Of a DNA stretch of 64,000 nucleotides, positions 30,722 to 41,407 are shown one piece after another; the stretch's first letter is position 1; each line of letters opens with the position of its first letter. The position numbers and the translations under genes are program-made. Under the pieces are notes generated by a model. It was given only the letters and a program-made list of their open reading frames with translations, was not told where the DNA came from and did no database searches. Source of the stretch: Candidatus Kapaibacterium sp. (GTDB lineage: Bacteria > Bacteroidota > Ignavibacteria > Kapaibacteriales > UBA2268); NCBI GenBank assembly GCA_963665665.1, contig OY762428.1:736001-800000 (forward strand). Reading direction: 5' to 3'.

Positions 30722-32035
30722 ATGATGAAAATATTAGCTTTATTGTTTTTATTCCAATATTCTTTAACTCTTGGCGGAGACATTTATTTTCCTCCGAACA
30801 ACAGTGAAGAATGGGAGCCACTTTCTCCTGCCGGGCTTGAATGGGATGAAAATGAAATTGACAGTTTATATCATTTCCTTGATAATAAAAACACCAAGGC
30901 ATTTATTCTTTTGAAAGATGGCCGAATTGTACTGGAAAAATATTTTGGCTCATTTGCGTGCGACAGCCTTTGGTATTGGGCTTCGGCGGGGAAAACAGTT
31001 ACTGCGGCACTAATCGGTATCGCACAGGAGGAAGGCTTGCTCGCAATTGATGACTATAGTTCCGATTATCTCGGTAAAGGCTGGACTTCCCTTGATGAGG
31101 AAAAAGAGAACCTTATCACCATCCGGCATCAGTTAACCATGACTACCGGACTTGACGACTCAGTTGATGATTCATACTGCACCGAAAAGGAATGTCTCGT
31201 CTATAAAGCCGATGCCGGAAATCGCTGGGCTTATCACAATGCCCCATATACACTGCTGGACAAAATACTTGAAAATGCAAGCGGGCAGAATTTCAACAAT
31301 TTTTATATAACGAAATTACGTGATAAGACAGGCATGAAAGGTTTGTGGGTTAAAAGCGGTTTCAATAATCTTTGTATTAGTGACGCAAGGTCGATGGCAA
31401 GGTTCGGTATTCTGATTCAAAACAACGGAGACTGGAATGGCAGCCCGATAATATCTGACAAAACATATTTCAATAATATGATAACAACATCTCAGGATAT
31501 AAATCAGGCATACGGATACCTGTGGTGGCTGAATGGTAAAGATTCTTTTATGCTTCCGGGCTTGCAATATAAATTCAAAGATATGCTTTTTCCTGATGCA
31601 CCGGAAGATGTAATTGCCGCACTTGGCAAAAACGGACAGTGCTTGAATATTTCCAACTCAACAGGAATAGTTTTTGTAAGAATGGGTAATTCCCCTGATA
31701 CTTTGCAATTAGCGGCATCACCAAAGTTAAGTAATGAAATCTGGAAATATATTGATAAAATAAGCGGTGGGCTGAATTCTGTTGAAGCATCAAATATTCC
31801 AAATATTGAAATATATCCTCAGCCGGCAACTGACCGGATCAGAATTGAACACAATTTAGATAATAATTTCAGGAATGGGATTGAATATAAGATTTTTGAT
31901 ATTTTAGGAAATAATATCATGTCGGGAATTTGCAAAAATTATATAGACATATCAGCACTTCCATCAAATCTTTATTATTTGTTTATCAAATCCGGTAACA
32001 GTATTACTATAAAGAAATTAATAATCCTGAGATAA
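30722..32035 (+). CDS. Serine hydrolase, beta-lactamase (class C-like) family, with T9SS C-terminal domain
   Basis: SxxK motif (WASAGKT), LTMTTGL, YHNAPY, YGYLWW, a signal peptide and an IYPQPA...LYYL CTD. Confidence 0.85.
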   Translation: MMKILALLFLFQYSLTLGGDIYFPPNNSEEWEPLSPAGLEWDENEIDSLYHFLDNKNTKAFILLKDGRIVLEKYFGSFACDSLWYWASAGKTVTAALIGIAQEEGLLAIDDYSSDYLGKGWTSLDEEKENLITIRHQLTMTTGLDDSVDDSYCTEKECLVYKADAGNRWAYHNAPYTLLDKILENASGQNFNNFYITKLRDKTGMKGLWVKSGFNNLCISDARSMARFGILIQNNGDWNGSPIISDKTYFNNMITTSQDINQAYGYLWWLNGKDSFMLPGLQYKFKDMLFPDAPEDVIAALGKNGQCLNISNSTGIVFVRMGNSPDTLQLAASPKLSNEIWKYIDKISGGLNSVEASNIPNIEIYPQPATDRIRIEHNLDNNFRNGIEYKIFDILGNNIMSGICKNYIDISALPSNLYYLFIKSGNSITIKKLIILR

Positions 32036-32423
32036 TAATGGCTTTGCCAATTTTTTATTAAATTTAGTATGTGTGAAAGTCAGATTTTACCTTAATCATG
32101 AACTCTCAGAAATATTGCCATCTGATGTTGAAAGCCCCAAGGCTCTGCTGCTTTTTCCCTCCGGAAAACCTGCACTTTCAGGATTATACACATTATTAAT
32201 GCTGAGAAACAGATTTTGATAGTAAAAATCAACTTTATTCGTTTCGAACTATTGTTTCATTACAAATTCTATAGTAAATTATACCTTGTTGAATATGATG
32301 ATTTATTTATGTTATATTAACAAATTACGAAATATAATCGTCATATATCATGTCAATTAAATCATTGGTATATTATCAAAGTTTAATGGCTGACAATATT
32401 TTTTAATTATTCTGAGATCAGTT

Positions 32424-33029
32424 ATGGCATTTACCTTTTTTTTCAGGGATTATCACACAATCGAAAAGGCTATTGAATTTCTATTACCCCAGGTTGCAGG
32501 CTTTAAAAAAATCAAAATTTGGGATGCAGGATGTGCTCACGGCCCTGAACCCTATACCTTTACAATTTCATTATCAGAAAAAATGAATCACTATAGTTTC
32601 AACAATGTACAGGTTGATGCCAGCGATATTGACGAAACTGATACTTTTGGTAAAATCATTACCGAAGGAATATATCCTTACCACGAATTACAAAGAATTC
32701 CCGAAGATATTTTCAAAAAATATTTTTCAAAGGCTGATGAAAACAATCATTTTAAAATATCTGAAAATATCAGGTCGAAAGTGCATTTTAAGAAACATAA
32801 CCTGCTTACACTTCAGCCCTACGACCGTGGGTATCACCTGATAATCATCAAGAATGTATTACTTCATTTCCAGCCTTCCGAACGAATTGAAGTTATAAAA
32901 ATGTTCCACAGCGTTCTGGCTGATAACGGACTAATGATGACTGAACAGACACAGCCATTACCGGATGAATGCAAGAGTTTGTTTGAGAAAATGGCTCCTG
33001 ATGCTAATATTTTCAGGAAAATCGGATAA
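32424..33029 (+). CDS. Stand-alone CheR-like SAM-dependent methyltransferase (catalytic domain only)
   Basis: TFFFRD, IWDAGCAHGPEPYT, ASDID, FKKHNLL and KNVLLHF are CheR motifs. The N-terminal helical domain is absent. Confidence 0.85.
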   Translation: MAFTFFFRDYHTIEKAIEFLLPQVAGFKKIKIWDAGCAHGPEPYTFTISLSEKMNHYSFNNVQVDASDIDETDTFGKIITEGIYPYHELQRIPEDIFKKYFSKADENNHFKISENIRSKVHFKKHNLLTLQPYDRGYHLIIIKNVLLHFQPSERIEVIKMFHSVLADNGLMMTEQTQPLPDECKSLFEKMAPDANIFRKIG

Positions 33030-33030
33030 G

Positions 33031-33630
33031 ATGAGAGTAACGAAACTGGCAAATAATCCAAAAGTATATTCCTGCAATGTGTATTATGTCAGGGGTGAAT
33101 GGAATACTCTTGATGATGTAAACACTTTGATCGATACAGGCACTGATAATTTTACTCTCTCGGAAGTTAATAAGATAACATCATACGGAGTTGGTAAAAG
33201 AAAAGTTGAACAGATAATTCTGACACATGAGCATTTTGACCATACCGGAGGCCTGAAATTTATCAAACCGGAATACAATCCCGTTGTTCTTGCAGCAGCA
33301 AGAATACCGGGGGTTGATATTATGGTAAAAGATGAAATGCAGATAAAAATCGGCGACAGGAAATGTACCATATTCATGACTCCGGGACATTCCAACGATT
33401 CGATTTGCATATACTGCGAAGAACAGGGAATACTATTTTCCGGTGATACACAACTGTTTATAACAAATAATGACGCAACTCTATCGTATGAATATGCAGA
33501 GGCCATCAAAAGGCTGAGTAAACTTAAAATCAATGTTATTTACAGCGGCCACGACGACCCGTTTACAAGAAATATCGATCAGTTTTTTCAAGAATCACTT
33601 AGAAATATTAAAAATTCCAGGATTATTTAA
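33031..33630 (+). CDS. Metallo-beta-lactamase fold hydrolase
   Basis: LIDTG, THEHFDH, TPGHS, FSGD and SGH motifs. Start reassigned to ATG 33031, 1 nt after the CheR stop. Confidence 0.9.
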   Translation: MRVTKLANNPKVYSCNVYYVRGEWNTLDDVNTLIDTGTDNFTLSEVNKITSYGVGKRKVEQIILTHEHFDHTGGLKFIKPEYNPVVLAAARIPGVDIMVKDEMQIKIGDRKCTIFMTPGHSNDSICIYCEEQGILFSGDTQLFITNNDATLSYEYAEAIKRLSKLKINVIYSGHDDPFTRNIDQFFQESLRNIKNSRII

Positions 33631-34728
33631 ATGTTTAATATTATCAGATTATCACTTTTAGTTATTCTAATTTCTATTCTTTCATGTCAAATTTCACGAT
33701 CTCAGGTTGATGAGCAGGCAGCGAGAATAGCAGCCCGTGGTATGATAGCCATGAATAAGGCTGATTATGAGCTGGCCGCCAGAACTTTTGACAGCGCGAT
33801 GAAAATTGACCCGGCCCCGATTCTATATCCTTATGAAAAAGCCCTTGCCTACTACCAGATGCAGCAATTCGATGCAGCAGCATTTATTCTTGATTCATTA
33901 ACAGCCCTGGATGCAGCCAGCGACCAGATATGGCAGCTACTCGGAAATTGCTATGACTACATGAAAATGAAAAAGAATGCTCTTGATACATATAAGGAAG
34001 GCCTTAAAAAGTTCCCGAACTCCGGAAGGCTGTATAAGGAACTTGGCGTTTCAACTTTCCGCGAAGACTGGCCCCGGGATGCCCTGGGTTATTGGGAAAC
34101 AGGAGTTCAGGCTCAGCCGGCCTACCCGGATAATTATTACTATCTGGCCAAATATTATGAAAATACCGGTGAAAAAATCTGGGGCCTGTTTTACTCTGAA
34201 GTATTCCTGAATAAAACTCCCAACCAGGTAAAAGCTGATGAAATCAGCCAGGTTCTTTATAATACATACAACAAAGCGCTGTTCAATTTCATCGACAGCG
34301 TCAGGACTATCTCTTTTACAAGAGTGAAAGTAAATGTTGACCTGGAAAGTAAGAACAAGTACATTCCCTTTCAGACTGCCTATCAATTGATTATGGAAAG
34401 CCTTCCTGAAGCACAGTTTTCACTTCTGGAAACAAAAGCTTCGATTGCACAGGTATCCGATATTAGAATTGCGTTTATAAAAAAATGGTATAGTGAAGGT
34501 TTTGATAAGAAGTTCCCGAATATAATCCTGGAATATCAGAAAGCCATGGATGAAGACAATGTACTCGAGGCCTATAATTATTGGATTTTAAAGAATGGGG
34601 CTCCGGAAGAATTTGAAGCATGGAAGGAAAATCATCTAAAAGACCTTGCACGTCTCGGTAAATGGCTGGAGATTAATCCTCTGCCTATCAGCCCTGAAGC
34701 ATATTTCTCAAGGCAGTTTTACGAATAG
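33631..34728 (+). CDS. Exported tetratricopeptide repeat protein
   Basis: Signal or lipoprotein-like N-terminus (ILSC) and TPR-like helices (YEKALAYYQ, LLGNCYD). Confidence 0.8.
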   Translation: MFNIIRLSLLVILISILSCQISRSQVDEQAARIAARGMIAMNKADYELAARTFDSAMKIDPAPILYPYEKALAYYQMQQFDAAAFILDSLTALDAASDQIWQLLGNCYDYMKMKKNALDTYKEGLKKFPNSGRLYKELGVSTFREDWPRDALGYWETGVQAQPAYPDNYYYLAKYYENTGEKIWGLFYSEVFLNKTPNQVKADEISQVLYNTYNKALFNFIDSVRTISFTRVKVNVDLESKNKYIPFQTAYQLIMESLPEAQFSLLETKASIAQVSDIRIAFIKKWYSEGFDKKFPNIILEYQKAMDEDNVLEAYNYWILKNGAPEEFEAWKENHLKDLARLGKWLEINPLPISPEAYFSRQFYE

Positions 34729-34746
34729 AAAGCAGGCACAAATATT

Positions 34747-35634
34747 ATGAAATCACCGATAAAGAGAATAGCTGCAATACATGACCTATCAGGCTTCGGA
34801 CGTGCTTCGCTGACGGTTGTTACTCCGATTCTATCCACAATGGGGGCTCAGGTTTGCCCCCTCCCTACCGCGGTTCTTTCCACGCATAGCAAGTTCAAAG
34901 GTTACCACTTCGTGGATCTGACCGACCACATGCAGCCAATGATAGACCATTGGAAAGAACTGGACATAAAATTCGATGCAATATATTCCGGTTTTCTGGG
35001 TTCACACAGGCAGATAGATATTGTTATTGATTTCATAAAAGATTTCAAAAAAGAAAAGACACTTGTGGTTGTTGATCCTGTTCTCGGGGATAATGGTAAA
35101 GTTTACGGCCCCCTGAATGATGAGGTCGTTCAGGAAATGAAGAAACTTGTAAGGGATGCAGATATAATCACTCCCAACCTGACCGAACTTGCCCTGCTGC
35201 TTGACAAACCATACAATCCTGCAATCGGTATGGAAGAATTAAAAAATGATATACTACAACTGGCAAAAACAGGCCCGAGAATTGTTATTGCAACTTCAGT
35301 GCCTTCCGATTTGAATAATCAGAATGGTGATGCGAAGGGAACATCTGTGGTGGCTTACAATAAAAGAGGCGACCGTTTCTGGCGTGTTAGCTGTTCATAC
35401 CTGCCTGCCGATTACCCCGGTACAGGCGATGCTTTTGCAAGTGTGGTTACGGGTTCCCTGCTGCAGGGCGATTCGCTGCCGATAGCCCTGGATAGAGCCG
35501 TCCATTTCATATCCATGGGTGTTAGAGCTACTTTCGGCTATGAATACAATCCCGACGAGGGTATCCTGCTGGAAAGGATGCTCCCAACCTTAAACGCCCC
35601 GGTTCAGATGAGCAGCTATGAAATTATTGATTGA
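34747..35634 (+). CDS. pdxK: Pyridoxal/pyridoxamine kinase
   Basis: HDLSGFGRASL, YSGFLGS, DPVLGDNG, ITPNLTE and GTGDAF motifs. Confidence 0.92.
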   Translation: MKSPIKRIAAIHDLSGFGRASLTVVTPILSTMGAQVCPLPTAVLSTHSKFKGYHFVDLTDHMQPMIDHWKELDIKFDAIYSGFLGSHRQIDIVIDFIKDFKKEKTLVVVDPVLGDNGKVYGPLNDEVVQEMKKLVRDADIITPNLTELALLLDKPYNPAIGMEELKNDILQLAKTGPRIVIATSVPSDLNNQNGDAKGTSVVAYNKRGDRFWRVSCSYLPADYPGTGDAFASVVTGSLLQGDSLPIALDRAVHFISMGVRATFGYEYNPDEGILLERMLPTLNAPVQMSSYEIID

Positions 35635-35648
35635 ATTTCTAATATGCC

Positions 35649-35684
35649 AAAAAGGACGACAAATTAGAGTGTCGTCCTTTTTTT
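35649..35684. terminator. Bidirectional Rho-independent terminator between pdxK and lpxD
   Basis: AAAAAGGACGACA-(8 nt)-TGTCGTCCTTTTTTT between convergent genes. Confidence 0.85.
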
Positions 35685-35705
35685 ATCATACATTGAGGTT
35701 TTGAA

Positions 35706-36773
35706 TCAGCCATTATCAATCTGCTTAAGCATTTTATCAACTGATTTCTTAAGAGTATTCAGGTCATTCCGCATTTCAGGAAGGGAACGGATAACAGCCT
35801 CGATCTTGAATCCTTTCAGTCTTTCCCTTGCCGGTGAACCAAAATAGATACCTTTCTTTGTTATTGACTTGGAAACACCGGATTGTGCCATTACGATAAC
35901 ATCGTCGGCAGTATCCATGTGGCCGGCAAAGCCTACCTGCCCGCCAAGCCTGTTGCGTTTACCGATATTCACGGAACCTGCAATACCTACCTGCGATACT
36001 ATTGCAGTATTCTCACCAATCGAACAATTGTGCCCTATCTGAACCAGGTTATCAATCTTCACTCCGTCTTCAACAATTGTTGAGCCAAGCAGCGCCCTGT
36101 CAATTGTAGTATTTGCACCTATCTCAACGCGATCTCCGATTACAACGTTTCCGAGCTGGGGTATTTTATCATAGGAACCGTCTGCATTTTCAAGATAACC
36201 GAAACCGTCAGCCCCGATAATGGCACCGGAATGAATAATAACCTCATTACCGATTATACAATCCTGATAAATAACAACCGATGAGTTTACCCTGGTTGAT
36301 TTACCGATTGAAACATTGTCATATAGAGTAATATTTGGCATAATTATTACATTGTCGGCTACTTTGCAGTTCTCACCTATCACACAGTTTGCCCCGATAA
36401 AAGCAGTTCCGGATATCTCGGCGCTTTCAGCTATAACAGCTGAAGGATGTATCATAGGCCTGGGCTTTTCAGCCATTGCATCAACGGCTTTGAATAGTTC
36501 CGCCAGCTTGAAATAAGGGTTCTCAACCCTGATAAAACATTGATTATCCGCGGGTTCAGCTTTAAGTGAATCTTTTACTATTATGCAGCTTGCCCCTGTT
36601 GTGGCAAGGAACTTTTCAAATTTTTCGTCGGAAAGAAAAGTCAATTCTCCTTCTGTGGCCTGTTCAATTCTGTTAAAACCATTAACAGAAAGGCCGGTCT
36701 GTCCTTCAAACCGGCCATTGATTATTTCAGCAATTTTTTCGCATGAAATTGGCTTCATAACCATATATTCCAA
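35706..36773 (-). CDS. lpxD: UDP-3-O-acylglucosamine N-acyltransferase
   Basis: Hexapeptide repeats, IGADGFG, EIGANTTIDR and KIDNLVQIGHN. Confidence 0.96.
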   Translation of the reverse strand: MEYMVMKPISCEKIAEIINGRFEGQTGLSVNGFNRIEQATEGELTFLSDEKFEKFLATTGASCIIVKDSLKAEPADNQCFIRVENPYFKLAELFKAVDAMAEKPRPMIHPSAVIAESAEISGTAFIGANCVIGENCKVADNVIIMPNITLYDNVSIGKSTRVNSSVVIYQDCIIGNEVIIHSGAIIGADGFGYLENADGSYDKIPQLGNVVIGDRVEIGANTTIDRALLGSTIVEDGVKIDNLVQIGHNCSIGENTAIVSQVGIAGSVNIGKRNRLGGQVGFAGHMDTADDVIVMAQSGVSKSITKKGIYFGSPARERLKGFKIEAVIRSLPEMRNDLNTLKKSVDKMLKQIDNG

Positions 36774-36787
36774 TAAATATTATTATT

Positions 36788-37549
36788 CTATTTTCTGTTC
36801 GGCCCCGTGGGCATTTCGGGAAGTTTTCCTTCTTCGCCCGGTTCCTTCGGATTTTCTTCCTGCTCTTCTACTTCTTCGCTGCCTTCTGCCGGCTGGCTGT
36901 TTTCAACAGGATCTCTTTCAATTTCCCTGCTTTTGCTTGAACGGCTTCTGCGGCGTGGTTTATAGCTTTTTTTCTTCTTGTTGCGCGGATCATTTTCGAT
37001 TTTCTTTTTCAGGTCCTGTTCCAGTTTGTCAACATCCACACCAAGTTTACGAAGAACTTTAACCGTAAGGTCGTATTTAAAATTAACGTAAGGCATGGGC
37101 TGTTTACTCTGATCCCAAACCATGTCGAATCCCTGTTCCGCAGCAACTTCCTGAACAGCAGCATAAATTTTTTCTTCAACGGGTCGCATGATAATCTTCA
37201 CAGTTTCATCATATTCCCCACCGGCTTCAAATTTTGTTTTAGCGTATTGAAGGCGGTTTTGTTTTTTCTGCTCAAGTTCTTTTTCCTTCATAACTCTTTC
37301 GGCATCGCTCCATACGAGCCTGTTTTTCTGTATTTCGAACTCGAGAGATTCAATTTCCTGCTGCATAGCATCAAGTTCCCTCTTCCACTCTTCCACCATA
37401 GACTGTATTCTTTGCTCAGCCTGTTTGTTTTCAAGAAAATGCTTCCTGATCGCATCCGAGGAAATAAACGCCACTTTCTGAGCCATCATTCCCGCCGGTA
37501 GCGAAAGGATTATTAGCATTGCTGCAAAAATAATTTTTTTAATAGTCAT
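36788..37549 (-). CDS. OmpH/Skp family chaperone with long basic/acidic tail
   Basis: Signal peptide AQKVAFI, coiled coil and YDLT.KVL motif. Start reassigned to MTIKK at 37549. Confidence 0.85.
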   Translation of the reverse strand: MTIKKIIFAAMLIILSLPAGMMAQKVAFISSDAIRKHFLENKQAEQRIQSMVEEWKRELDAMQQEIESLEFEIQKNRLVWSDAERVMKEKELEQKKQNRLQYAKTKFEAGGEYDETVKIIMRPVEEKIYAAVQEVAAEQGFDMVWDQSKQPMPYVNFKYDLTVKVLRKLGVDVDKLEQDLKKKIENDPRNKKKKSYKPRRRSRSSKSREIERDPVENSQPAEGSEEVEEQEENPKEPGEEGKLPEMPTGPNRK

Positions 37550-37622
37550 AATAAGAGTCCTGTTTTTAATACTATCTAAAAATCCGGTAAAAACTTCCAC
37601 AGGCAAAAACAAATTAATTCAA

Positions 37623-38150
37623 CTATTTATTACCACGTTTTATTTCATCCAAAACTCTGAAAGTAATATCAAATTTCTCGTCGAAATACAAAAGTGATGT
37701 ACTTGAAGTATCAAATACGAGAGTAATTTTTTCTTTTTTGGATACTTTTTCTATGGCCAAACGGATTTTTTCTCTTATTGGCTCAAGCAGGGCATTGTTT
37801 TTCTGAATAAGAAGGCCTGTCTGCCCGAAAATTGATTCTCTGTACTGAAGAATCTGCATATTTTCCTGCTGCAAAGCCGCTTCTTCTTTCTGCTGCTGCT
37901 CGGGAGTCATCATACCTTTTTGCTTCTGATACTGCTGGAATTTTTCTTCCAGAGAGCTTTGCATCTGCATTAAAGTATCCTGATATTTTTTTGTCATATC
38001 CTGAAGGTCTTTTTGTGCCTGTTTGGCTTCAGGCATTTGCTGGGCTATAGTTTCCATGTTTACAACACCAACTTTAACTGCCTGTGCGTTTGCATTAGTA
38101 TAAAGCCCGAAAAGAACAAGGGCAAAAATTACAGCATAAAATTTCTTCAT
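37623..38150 (-). CDS. skp: OmpH/Skp family chaperone
   Basis: AQAVKVGVVN, coiled coil and FDITFRVL; lies between bamA and lpxD. Confidence 0.9.
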   Translation of the reverse strand: MKKFYAVIFALVLFGLYTNANAQAVKVGVVNMETIAQQMPEAKQAQKDLQDMTKKYQDTLMQMQSSLEEKFQQYQKQKGMMTPEQQQKEEAALQQENMQILQYRESIFGQTGLLIQKNNALLEPIREKIRLAIEKVSKKEKITLVFDTSSTSLLYFDEKFDITFRVLDEIKRGNK

Positions 38151-38192
38151 TTTTTCTCCAATAAATTATTCATTTATAATAAACATTATTAT

Positions 38193-40559
38193 TTACATAT
38201 AATTACCAAGGTGGAACAGGAATTTCCATCCTGATTTCACTCCGGTGTTATCTTTGTCAAATCCATATCCGTAACTGAATCCGATAATCCCGATCGGGTT
38301 AATCATAAGCTGTACACCCACACCGGCTGATCTTTTCAAATCAAAAGGATCTGTATTTCTTAAGTTTGTCCATACATTACCTGCCTCGGCAAAACCGTAG
38401 AAATATATAGGCATTGGATTTACTGCCAGTGCAAAGCGCAGCTCGGCTGTGGTACGAAGCATAATCCTGCCTCCGTCCTGCACGCCAACAGCCCTGTCGT
38501 CATATCCTCTGAGCGGCGTAACGCCAAATCCTGATAAACCGTTACCACCCATATAATATAATTCCAGTGGCGACATAGCGGTATCAGATTCAAAACCGGT
38601 CAGGTAACCCATTTTTGTACCAAGGTAAAGTACAACCCTGTCATAATCTTCAATTTTATACAGAGGATTGTATGTATCAAAAGTTATTTCATTCTTAATA
38701 TAGTCAGTTGTTCCAAGCCCGGCAGCCCCGAGAGCTACAGAAGTTGTATAGCTGAACTGTGAACCGTCGGTAGCGAAGAACCTGTTATTCAGGCTTATGC
38801 GTGAGAATGACTGTACCAATGTAATTTCTGTATTAAGTCCAGGCCTGTAATATGATGAAATATTTTCACCAACATTGTTTTCCTGAAGCCTGATGCTCCA
38901 GTCACCACGCCAGTAATCATCCGGCCAGCGGAATCTTCGGCCAACATTGAACTGAATACCCGTGCGTTTCAATTTGTAGAAATAATCAACATTTGTGTTG
39001 AATATATTAAAACCAACAGTTGTAGGTTCATCAAAAAGCCATGGTTCGGTGAAACCAAGTGACAAAGTCTGATACCTGCTGGCCTGTCCGAATTCCCATG
39101 TAAAATTCAGAACCTGTCCGGCTCCGCCCTGCAAGGGCTCGGCCAGAGAAAAATTATTGAATGTCATACCGATAGCTCCGGTAAGACCGAATGTTCCGGC
39201 AAACCCGATAGAGGCATTAAATGTATCAGTTGATTGCTCTTCAACGGTATATTCAAGATCAACGCGTGTATTATCAACAGGTTTCACGTCCGGCCTGAGT
39301 GCCTCGGGGTTGAAGTACTGAAGAACTCCAAGAGCCTTTACGCTGCGAATAATCGCGGAACGGTTGAAATAATCTCCGGGGCGTGTGTAAAGCTCCCTGC
39401 GGATAACTTTATCCTTGGTTTTGGTATTACCAACGATATTTACGCGCCTGATAGTAACCCTTGAATTTTCGAAAATACTAATCTTCACATCAACGGAATC
39501 AGAAGCTACTCTTTTCTCTTCTTTCTCGATCCTGAACATCAGGTAGCCGTTATCCATATATAGCGAGCTTACATCGGTCTGGTCTTCATTTGCTCTAAGA
39601 TTGGCCTCGAACTGTTCGGCATTGTATTCGTCCCCGACTTTAAAATCAAGCCTTTTTAAAAGTAAATCGTCTTCATATACGGTATTACCTTCAAAGCTGA
39701 CATTCCTTAAATAATATTTATTACCTTCATCCACATTCAGGACAATATCAACAGTTTCTTCATCTTCGTTATAAATAAGTGAATCAGACAAAATACGGGC
39801 ATCAATATATCCTTCTCTCTTAAAAAATTGTTTTAAAAGCCCGAGATCAGTCTCATATTCATTTTTATCAAATTTTGAAGAACTCCAGAATTCGTACCAT
39901 GATTTGGTATGAGTATCATCAAAAGCAGAAGCAAGATCGTCATCATCAAATACTTCATTACCGTTAAAAGTAATTGATCTGACATAAAATTCCACGCCTT
40001 CATCAATTTCGATATTCATATCAGCATACCGTGCAGTATCAGCTTTATCCAGTTCGGCATCGACTTTAGCGAACATCAGCCCTTCTTCTTCATAAAGCCG
40101 CTTAATATTTTTCTCTATCATGTAAAGGTCGTACCCGGTAATGATATCCCCCTTGACTTTGCCGATATCATCAATAATCTCTCTTTTTGTAAGTTCCTCG
40201 TTGGATTCAACATTAACTGAATTCAGACGTGGAAATTCTTCAACTTTGATAACCAGAAAAACGCCAAGCTCGGTAAGCCTGTCCACCATAATTTCCACAG
40301 AAGAGAATTGTTTTCTTTTCCACAGATTCCTGATAGCCGTATTCAATTTATTATCACTCGGCAGAGTAATCTTATCGCCGATCCTAAGGCCTGTAAGGTT
40401 TACTATAGTTTCGGCATCGGAATATTTATTGCCCTGAACTTCCATTCCGGCAATCGTATAAGTGGCTTGTTCCATTCCATATTGAGCAAAGGATTCGGTT
40501 TTTGCGCCGAAGAATATAATAATTGATATCGCAAGGGATATTGAGCAGAATAATCGCAT
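38193..40559 (-). CDS. bamA: Outer membrane protein assembly factor BamA
   Basis: POTRA repeats (GNTKTKDKVIRREL), FTEPWLFD, LRGY and a C-terminal barrel strand. Confidence 0.96.
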   Translation of the reverse strand: MRLFCSISLAISIIIFFGAKTESFAQYGMEQATYTIAGMEVQGNKYSDAETIVNLTGLRIGDKITLPSDNKLNTAIRNLWKRKQFSSVEIMVDRLTELGVFLVIKVEEFPRLNSVNVESNEELTKREIIDDIGKVKGDIITGYDLYMIEKNIKRLYEEEGLMFAKVDAELDKADTARYADMNIEIDEGVEFYVRSITFNGNEVFDDDDLASAFDDTHTKSWYEFWSSSKFDKNEYETDLGLLKQFFKREGYIDARILSDSLIYNEDEETVDIVLNVDEGNKYYLRNVSFEGNTVYEDDLLLKRLDFKVGDEYNAEQFEANLRANEDQTDVSSLYMDNGYLMFRIEKEEKRVASDSVDVKISIFENSRVTIRRVNIVGNTKTKDKVIRRELYTRPGDYFNRSAIIRSVKALGVLQYFNPEALRPDVKPVDNTRVDLEYTVEEQSTDTFNASIGFAGTFGLTGAIGMTFNNFSLAEPLQGGAGQVLNFTWEFGQASRYQTLSLGFTEPWLFDEPTTVGFNIFNTNVDYFYKLKRTGIQFNVGRRFRWPDDYWRGDWSIRLQENNVGENISSYYRPGLNTEITLVQSFSRISLNNRFFATDGSQFSYTTSVALGAAGLGTTDYIKNEITFDTYNPLYKIEDYDRVVLYLGTKMGYLTGFESDTAMSPLELYYMGGNGLSGFGVTPLRGYDDRAVGVQDGGRIMLRTTAELRFALAVNPMPIYFYGFAEAGNVWTNLRNTDPFDLKRSAGVGVQLMINPIGIIGFSYGYGFDKDNTGVKSGWKFLFHLGNYM

Positions 40560-41407
40560 TATTTTTTTGTTGACTTAATTGCTTTAACAACTCTTTTAAA
40601 ATATGATTCGTTTTGAGAACCTTCTTCACTATTTTTCAATTGTGCGGTAGTGCGTCCGTAACGCCTTTCACGGGACATAAAGCTTTCCAGAGCCTCATAA
40701 AGGTCGTCCCGCCTGAATTCAGGCCAGAATTTCCGTGTAATGTACATTTCTCCATAAGCCATTTCCCAAAGAAGGAAATTGCTCAGGCGCATTTCGCCAC
40801 TTGTGCGAATTAGAAAATCAGGATCAGGAATATCCTCGGTTTGAAGATAAGAAGAAAAAAGCTCTTCGTTAATATCTTCCGGAGATACTTTTCCGCGCCT
40901 TACATCAAGTGATATCATTTGTACAGCTCGCACAATATCCCACCTGCCACTGTAACTAAGCGCCAGTGTCAGTGTCAGTCCCTGGTTGTCTTTGGTTTTT
41001 TCCATGGCATCATGGAGCAGTTTCTGAACTACTTTGGGTAGCGAACTTAATTTACCGATAGCGTTAATACGAACCTGGTTTTTATGAAGTTCTTCGAATT
41101 CTTTTCTAAGATAAAACTCAAGGATCTTCATCAAACCACCAACCTCATCAGCCGGCCTGTTCCAGTTTTCATTCGAAAATGCGTACAATGTAAGATATTT
41201 AATTCCAAGCTGGGAGGATGCTTTCACAATATCGCGAACGCTGTTAATTCCTTCCTGGTGCCCGTTTATCCTTCCAAGCCCTCTTTCCAGAGCCCAGCGT
41301 CCGTTTCCGTCCATTATAACTGCTAAATGATTAGGGAACTTACCCAGATTCCTGATTTTTTCCTGTCTTTGCCTGTCTTCTTCCGAATTTTCTTTTTTCC
41401 AGAGCAC
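40559..41407 (-). CDS. uppS: Undecaprenyl diphosphate synthase
   Basis: IMDGNGRWA, YAFSNENWNRP, IRTSGEMRLSNFLLW and RERRYG motifs. Confidence 0.97.
   Translation of the reverse strand: MLWKKENSEEDRQRQEKIRNLGKFPNHLAVIMDGNGRWALERGLGRINGHQEGINSVRDIVKASSQLGIKYLTLYAFSNENWNRPADEVGGLMKILEFYLRKEFEELHKNQVRINAIGKLSSLPKVVQKLLHDAMEKTKDNQGLTLTLALSYSGRWDIVRAVQMISLDVRRGKVSPEDINEELFSSYLQTEDIPDPDFLIRTSGEMRLSNFLLWEMAYGEMYITRKFWPEFRRDDLYEALESFMSRERRYGRTTAQLKNSEEGSQNESYFKRVVKAIKSTKK

Noticed and set aside
32090-32225. Moderately GC-rich intergenic segment upstream of cheR as a riboswitch or small gene
   Set aside because: No recognisable riboswitch consensus and only short, unconvincing ORFs.
30722-33630. Antibiotic-resistance call for the beta-lactamase-family and MBL-fold genes
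   Set aside because: The motifs support only the broad superfamilies; nothing indicates true beta-lactamase activity.
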